DNA from: Neoechinorhynchus agilis
Lineage: Eukaryota; Animalia; Acanthocephala
Length of the DNA: 64,000 bases
Reading direction: 5' to 3'
NCBI GenBank assembly: GCA_051530055.1
Contig: CM121341.1
Span: 15,168,784-15,232,783 of the forward strand
Part shown: piece after piece, positions 57,601 to 64,000 of the stretch
How positions within the stretch are numbered: the first letter of the stretch is position 1
Layout: every line of letters begins with the position of its first letter
The notes under the pieces: generated by a model
Database searches by the model: none
Told to the model about the DNA's origin: nothing
What the model saw: the letters and a program-made list of their open reading frames with translations, nothing else
Made by a program: the position numbers and the translations under genes

Positions 57601-60600
57601 ATTTGAATACTTTACAAATGGCTTCCTAACATCCTCTGAGTATTCTTTGCCTTCCCGGCGATTAATCCGTATTAAAATTGTAGGACAAATCGTGGCGGTC
57701 GGCATGTCTCTTTAGAGCTAAGGTACAAATCTTCAACGAAAAAGTATAAAAAGTTCAAAGAAAATGTAAGATATTTATTGGCACCATTTGAATACTTTAC
57801 AAATGGCTTCCTAACATCCTCTGAGTATTCTTTGCCTTCCCGGCGATTAATCCGTATTAAAATTGTAGGACAAATCGTGGCGGACGGCATGTCTCGGAGA
57901 GCTAAGTAAAAAATATTCATATAAAAAGTATAAACAGTTCAAAAATGTAAGATGTTTATTGGCACCATTTGAATACTTTACAAATGGCTTCCTAACATCC
58001 TCTGAGTATTCTTTGCCTTCCCGGCGATTAATCCGTATTAAAATTGTAGGACAAATCGTGGCGGACGGCATGTCTCGGAGAGCTAAGTAAAAAATATTCA
58101 TATAAAAAGTATAAAAAGTTTAAAAAATGTAAGATGTTTATTGGCACCATTTGAATACTTTACAAATGGCTTCCTAACATCCTCTGAGTATTCTTTGCCT
58201 CCCGGCGATTAATCCGTATTAAAATTGTAGGACAAATCGTGGCGGTCGGCATGTCTCTTAGAGCTAAGGTACAAATATTCAACGAAAAAGTATAAAAAGT
58301 TCAAAAAATGTAAGATGTTTATTGGCACCATTTGAATACTTTACAAATGGCTTCCTAACATCCTCTGAGTATTCTTTGCCTTCCCGGCGATTAATCCGTA
58401 TTAAAATTGTAGGACAAATCGTGGCGGACGGCATGTCTCGGAGAGCTAAGTAAAAAATATTCATATAAAAAGTATAAACAGTTCAAAAATGTAAGATGTT
58501 TATTGGCACCATTTGAATACTTTACAAATGGCTTCCTAACATCCTCTGAGTATTCTTTGCCTTCCCGGCGATTAATCCGTATTAAAATTGTAGGACAAAT
58601 CGTGGCGGTCGGCATGTCTCGGAGAGCTAAGTAAAAAATATTCATATAAAAAGTATAAAAAGTTCAAAAATGTAAGATGTTTATTGGCACCATTTGAATA
58701 CTTTACAAATGGCTTCCTAACATCTTCTGAGTATTCTTTGCCTTCCCGGCGATTAATCCGTATTAAAATTGTAGGACAAATCGTGGCGGTCGGCATGTCT
58801 CTTTAGAGCTAAGGTACAAATCTTCAACGAAAAAGTATAAAAAGTTCAAAGAAAATGTAAGATATTTATTCGCACCATTTGAATACTTTACAAATGGCTT
58901 CCTAACATCCTCTGAGTATTCTTTGCCTTCCCGGCGATTAATCCGTATTAAAATTGTAGGACAAATCGTGGCGGACGGCATGTCTCGGAGAGCTAAGTAA
59001 AAAATATTCATATAAAAAGTATAAAAAGTTTAAAAAATGTAAGATGTTTATTGGCACCATTTGAATACTTTACAAATGGCTTCCTAACATCCTCTGAGTA
59101 TTCTTTGCCTTCCCGGCGATTAATCCGTATTAAAATTGTAGGACAAATCGTGGCGGACGGCATGTCTCGAGCTAAGTAAAAAATATTCATATAAAAAGTA
59201 TAAAAAGTTTAAAAAATGTAAGATGTTTATTGGCACCATTTGAATACTTTACAAATGGCTTCCTAACATCCTCTGAGTATTCTTTGCCTTCCCGGCGATT
59301 AATCCGTATTAAAATTGTAGGACAAATCGTGGCGGTCGGCATGTCTCTTAGAGCTAAGGAACAAATATTCATAGAAAAAGTATAAAAAGTTCAAAAAAAT
59401 GTAAGATGTTTATTGGCACCATTTGAATACTTTACAAATGGCTTCCTAACATCCTCTGAGTATTCTTTGCCTTCCCGGCGATTAATCCGTATTAAAATTG
59501 TAGGACAAATCGTGGCGGACGGCATGTCTCGGAGAGCTAAGTAAAAAATATTCATATAAAAAGTATAAACAGTTCAAAAATGTAAGATGTTTATTGGCAC
59601 CATTTGAATACTTTACAAATGGCTTCCTAACATCCTCTGAGTATTCTTTGCCTTCCCGGCGATTAATCCGTATTAAAATTGTAGGACAAATCGTGGCGGA
59701 CGGCATGTCTCGGAGAGCTAAGTAAAAAATATTCATATAAAAAGTATAAAAAGTTTAAAAAATGTAAGATGTTTATTGGCACCATTTGAATACTTTACAA
59801 ATGGCTTCCTAACATCTTCTGAGTATTCTTTGCCTTCCCGGCGATTAATCCGTATTAAAATTGTAGGACAAATCGTGGCGGTCGGCATGTCTCTTAGAGC
59901 TAAGGTACAAATATTCAACGAAAAAGTATAAAAAGTTCAAAAAATGTAAGATGTTTATTGGCACCATTTGAATACTTTACAAATGGCTTCCTAACATCCT
60001 CTGAGTATTCTTTGCCTTCCCGGCGATTAATCCGTATTAAAATTGTAGGACAAATCGTGGCGGTCGGCATGTCTCTTTTTAGCTATGGTTCAAATCTTCA
60101 ACGAAAAAGTATAAAAAGTTCAAAAAAAGTAAGATATTTATTGGCACCATTTGAATACTTTACAAATGGCTTCCTAACATCTTCTGGGTATTATTTCCCT
60201 TCACGGCGATTAATCCGTATTAAAATTGTAGGACAAATCGTGGCGGACGGCATGTCTCGGAGAGCTAAGTAAAAAATATTCATATAAAAAGTATAAAAAG
60301 TTTAAAAAATGTAAGATGTTTATTGGCACCATTTGAATACTTTACAAATGGCTTCCTAACATCTTCTGAGTATTCTTTGCCTTCCCGGCGATTAATCCGT
60401 ATTAAAATTGTAGGACAAATCGTGGCGGTCGGCATGTCTCTTTGAGCTAAGGTACAAATTTCAACGAAAAAGTATAAAAGTTCAAAAAAGTAAGATTTTA
60501 TTGCACCATTTGAATACTTTACAAATGGCTTCCTAACATCCTCTGAGTATTCTTTCCTTCCGGCGATATCCGTATTAAAATTGTAGGACAAATCGTGGCG

Positions 60601-63600
60601 GCGGCAGAGAGCTAAGTAATATTCATATAAAAAGTATAAACAGTTCAAAATGTAAGATGTTTTTGGCACCATTTGAATACTTTACAAATGGCTTCCTAAC
60701 ATCCTCTGAGTATTCTTTGCCTTCCCGGCGATTAATCCGTATTAAAATTGTAGGACAAATCGTGGCGGACGGCATGTCTCGGAGAGCTAAGTAAAAAATA
60801 TTCATATAAAAAGTATAACAGTTCAAAAATGTAAGATGTTTATTGGCACCATTTGAATACTTTACAAATGGCTTCCTAACATCCTCTGAGTATTCTTTGC
60901 CTTCCCGGCGATTAATCCGTATTAAAATTGTAGGACAAATCGTGGCGGACGGCATGTCTCGGAGAGCTAAGTAAAAAATATTCATATAAAAAGTATAAAC
61001 AGTTCAAAAATGTAAGATGTTTATTGGCACCATTTGAATACTTTACAAATGGCTTCCTAACATCCTCTGAGTATTCTTTGCCTTCCCGGCGATTAATCCG
61101 TATTAAAATTGTAGGACAAATCGTGGCGGACGGCATGTCTCGGAGAGCTAAGTAAAAAATATTCATATAAAAAGTATAAACAGTTCAAAAATGTAAGATG
61201 TTTATTGGCACCATTTGAAAAGTTTACAAATGGCTTCCTAACATCCTCTGAGTATTCTTTGCCTTCCCGGCGATTAATCCGTATTAAAATTGTAGGACAA
61301 ATCGTGGCGGACGGCATGTCTCGGAGAGCTAAGTAAAAAATATTCATATAAAAAGTATAAACAGTTCAAAAATGTAAGATGTTTATTGGCACCATTTGAA
61401 TACTTTACAAATGGCTTCCTAACATCCTCTGAGTATTCTTTGCCTTCCCGGCGATTAATCCGTATTAAAATTGTAGGACAAATCGTGGCGGACGGCATGT
61501 CTCGGAGAGCTAAGTAAAAAATATTCATATAAAAAGTATAAAAAGTTTAAAAAATTTTAGATGTTTATTGGCACCATTTGAATACTTTACAAATGGCTTC
61601 CTAACATCTTCTGAGTATTCTTTGCCTTCCCGACGATTAATCCGTATTAAAATTGTGGGACAAATCGTGGCGGTCGGCATGTCTCTTTTTAGCTATGGTT
61701 CAAATCTTCAACGAAAAAGTATAAAAAGTTCAAAAAAAAGTAAGATATTTATTCCCACCATTTGAATACTTTACAAATGGCTTCCTAACATCTTCTGGGT
61801 ATTATTTCCCTTCACGGCGATTAATCCGTATTAAAATTGTAGGACAAATCGTGGTGGACGACATGTCTCGGAGAGCTAAGTAAAAAATATTCATATAAAA
61901 AGTATAAACAGTTCAAAAATGTAAGATGTTTATTGGCACCATTTGAATACTTTACAAATGGCTTCCTAACATCCTCTGAGTATTCTTTGCCTTCCCGGCG
62001 ATTAATCCGTATAAAAATCGTGGGATAAATCGTGGCGATCGGGATGCCTTTTTAGAGCTATGGTTCAAATATTCAACGAAAATGTATAAACGGTTGAAAA
62101 AATGTAAGATGTTTATTGGCACCATTTGAATACTTTACAAATGGCTTCCTAACATCCTCTGAGTATTCTTTGCCTTCCCGGCGATTAATCCGTATTAAAA
62201 TTGTATGACAAATCGTGGCGGACGGCATGTCTCGGAGAGCAAAGTAAAAAATATTAAAATAAAAAGTATAAAAAGTTTAATCAATGTAAGATGTTTGTTG
62301 GCACCATTTGAATACTTTACAAATGGCTTCCTAACATCCTCTGAGTATTCTTTGCCTTCCCGGCGATTAATCCGTATTAAAATTGTAGGACAAATCGTGG
62401 CGGACGGCATGTCTCGGAGAGCTAAGTAAAAAATATTCATATAAAAAGTATAAACAGTTCAAAAATGTAAGATGTTTATTGGCACCATTTGAAAAGTTTA
62501 CAAATGGCTTCCTAACATCCTCTGAGTATTCTTTGCCTTCCCGGCGATTAATCCGTATTAAAATTGTAGGATAAATCGTGGCGGTCGGGATGCCTTTTTA
62601 GAGCTATGGTTCAAATATTATACGAAAATGTATAAACGGTTGAAAAATGTAAGATGTTTATTGGCACCATTTGAATACTTTACAAATGGCTTCCTAACAT
62701 CCTCTGAGTATTCTTTGCCTTCCCGGCGATTAATCCGTATTAAAATTGTAGGACAAATCGTGGCGGTCGGCATGTCTCGGAGAGCTAAGTAAAAAATATT
62801 CATATAAAAAGTATAAACAGTTCAAAAATATTCTTTGCCTTCCCGGCGATTAATCCGTATTAAAATTGTAGGACAAATCGTGGCGGACGGCATGTCTCGG
62901 AGAGCTAAGTAAAAAATATTCATATAAAAAGTATAAACAGTTCAAAAATGTAAGATGTTTATTGGCACCATTTGAATACTTTACAAATGGCTTCCTAACA
63001 TCCTCTGAGTATTCTTTGCCTTCCCGGCGATTAATCCGTATTAAAATTGTAGGACAAATCGTGGCGGTCGGCATGTCTCGGAGAGCTAAGTAAAAAATAT
63101 TCATATAAAAAGTATAAACAGTTCAAAAATGTAAGATGTTTATTGGCACCATTTGAATACTTTACAAATGGCTTCCTAACATCCTCTGAGTATTCTTTGC
63201 CTTCCCGGCGATTAATCCGTATTAAAATTGTAGGACAAATCGTGGCGGACGGCATGTCTCGGAGAGCTAAGTAAAAAATATTCAAATAAAAAGTATAAAA
63301 AGTTCAAAAATGTAAGATGTTTATTGGCACCATTTGAATACTTTACAAATGGCTTCCTAACATCCTCTGAGTATTCTTTGCCTTCCCGGCGATTAATCCG
63401 TATTAAAATTGTAGGACAAATCGTGGCGGACGGCATGTCTCGGAGAGCTAAGTAAAAAATATTCATATAAAAAGTATAAACAGTTCAAAAATGTAAGATG
63501 TTTATTGGCACCATTTGAATACTTTACAAATGGCTTCCTAACATCCTCTGAGTATTCTTTGCCTTCCCGGCGATTAATCCGTATTAAAATTGTAGGACAA

Positions 63601-64000
63601 ATCGTGGCGGACGGCATGTCTCGGAGAGCTAAGTAAAAAATATTCATATAAAAAGTATAAACAGTTCAAAAATGTAAGATGTTTATTGGCACCATTTGAA
63701 TACTTTACAAATGGCTTCCTAACATCCTCTGAGTATTCTTTGCCTTCCCGGCGATTAATCCGTATTAAAATTGTAGGACAAATCGTGGCGGACGGCATGT
63801 CTCGGAGAGCTAAGTAAAAAATATTCATATAAAAAGTATAAACAGTTCAAAAATGTAAGATGTTTATTGGCACCATTTGAATACTTTACAAATGGCTTCC
63901 TAACATCCTCTGAGTATTCTTTGCCTTCCCGGCGATTAATCCGTATTAAAATTGTAGGACAAATCGTGGCGGTCGGGATGCCTTTTTAGAGCTATGGTTC
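54628..64000. repeat. 181-bp satellite array, right block (~52 monomers, runs off the window) with higher-order repeats
   Basis: Continuous monomers of two main subtypes (GAGAGCTAAGTAAAAAATATTC versus TAGAGCTAAGGTACAAATC). Variant ORFs recur at a 1090-1091 bp period. Confidence 0.98.

Noticed and set aside
60420-60680. Cluster of satellite monomers with many 1-nt deletions
   Set aside because: The pattern of scattered single-base losses is typical of low-coverage long-read consensus error.
47622-63828. Dozens of near-identical 60-84 aa ORFs (MNIFYLALRDMP...)
   Set aside because: Translation artefacts of the 181-bp satellite; they overlap one another in shifting frames and show no protein features.
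47630-64000. CRISPR-like array
   Set aside because: Whole monomers repeat with no unique spacers, no cas genes are present, and the context is eukaryotic.
47630-64000. Satellite monomer as an SL-RNA, 5S or hammerhead gene array
   Set aside because: Only an Sm-like ATTTTTGA on the minus strand; no recognisable leader/GT donor, A/B/C boxes or CTGATGA-GAAA core.

Overview
AT-rich eukaryotic (animal-like) genomic DNA; the species cannot be identified from sequence alone. Bases 1-47.6 kb are gene-bearing: tRNA-Trp, an F-box/kelch gene, an intact rhabdovirus-type glycoprotein ORF (endogenous viral element), TOP2, a novel-class PKC, type I PIP5K, NEDD4, TMX2, plus degenerate retroelements, MITE-like ends and hammerhead-like repeats. 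From 47.6 kb to the end lies a 181-bp satellite with higher-order structure, interrupted by a ~4.8-kb island (unknown gene, RTE remnant, young CRE-clade retrotransposon). Main discovery: two intron classes appear to coexist. The PKC gene has about 14 ordinary GT-AG introns, mostly 42-70 nt. All 7 ORF-breaking interruptions in the five intron-poor genes (F-box/kelch, TOP2, PIP5K x2, NEDD4 x2, TMX2) instead have ends that base-pair through intron-specific 8-18 bp inverted repeats. They can be removed with a shared geometry, exon-TA | 0-5 nt, stem ... stem, 3-4 nt ending in (T)A | exon; where homology constrains the join (TOP2, both PIP5K, NEDD4 HECT, more loosely TMX2) this restores the expected residues. 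For three of them (TOP2, PIP5K intron 1, TMX2) no GT-AG junction preserves the conserved protein. This suggests a structure-guided non-canonical splicing system or a DNA-excision system. Junctions are inferred by eye from remembered homolog motifs and need RNA-seq confirmation.
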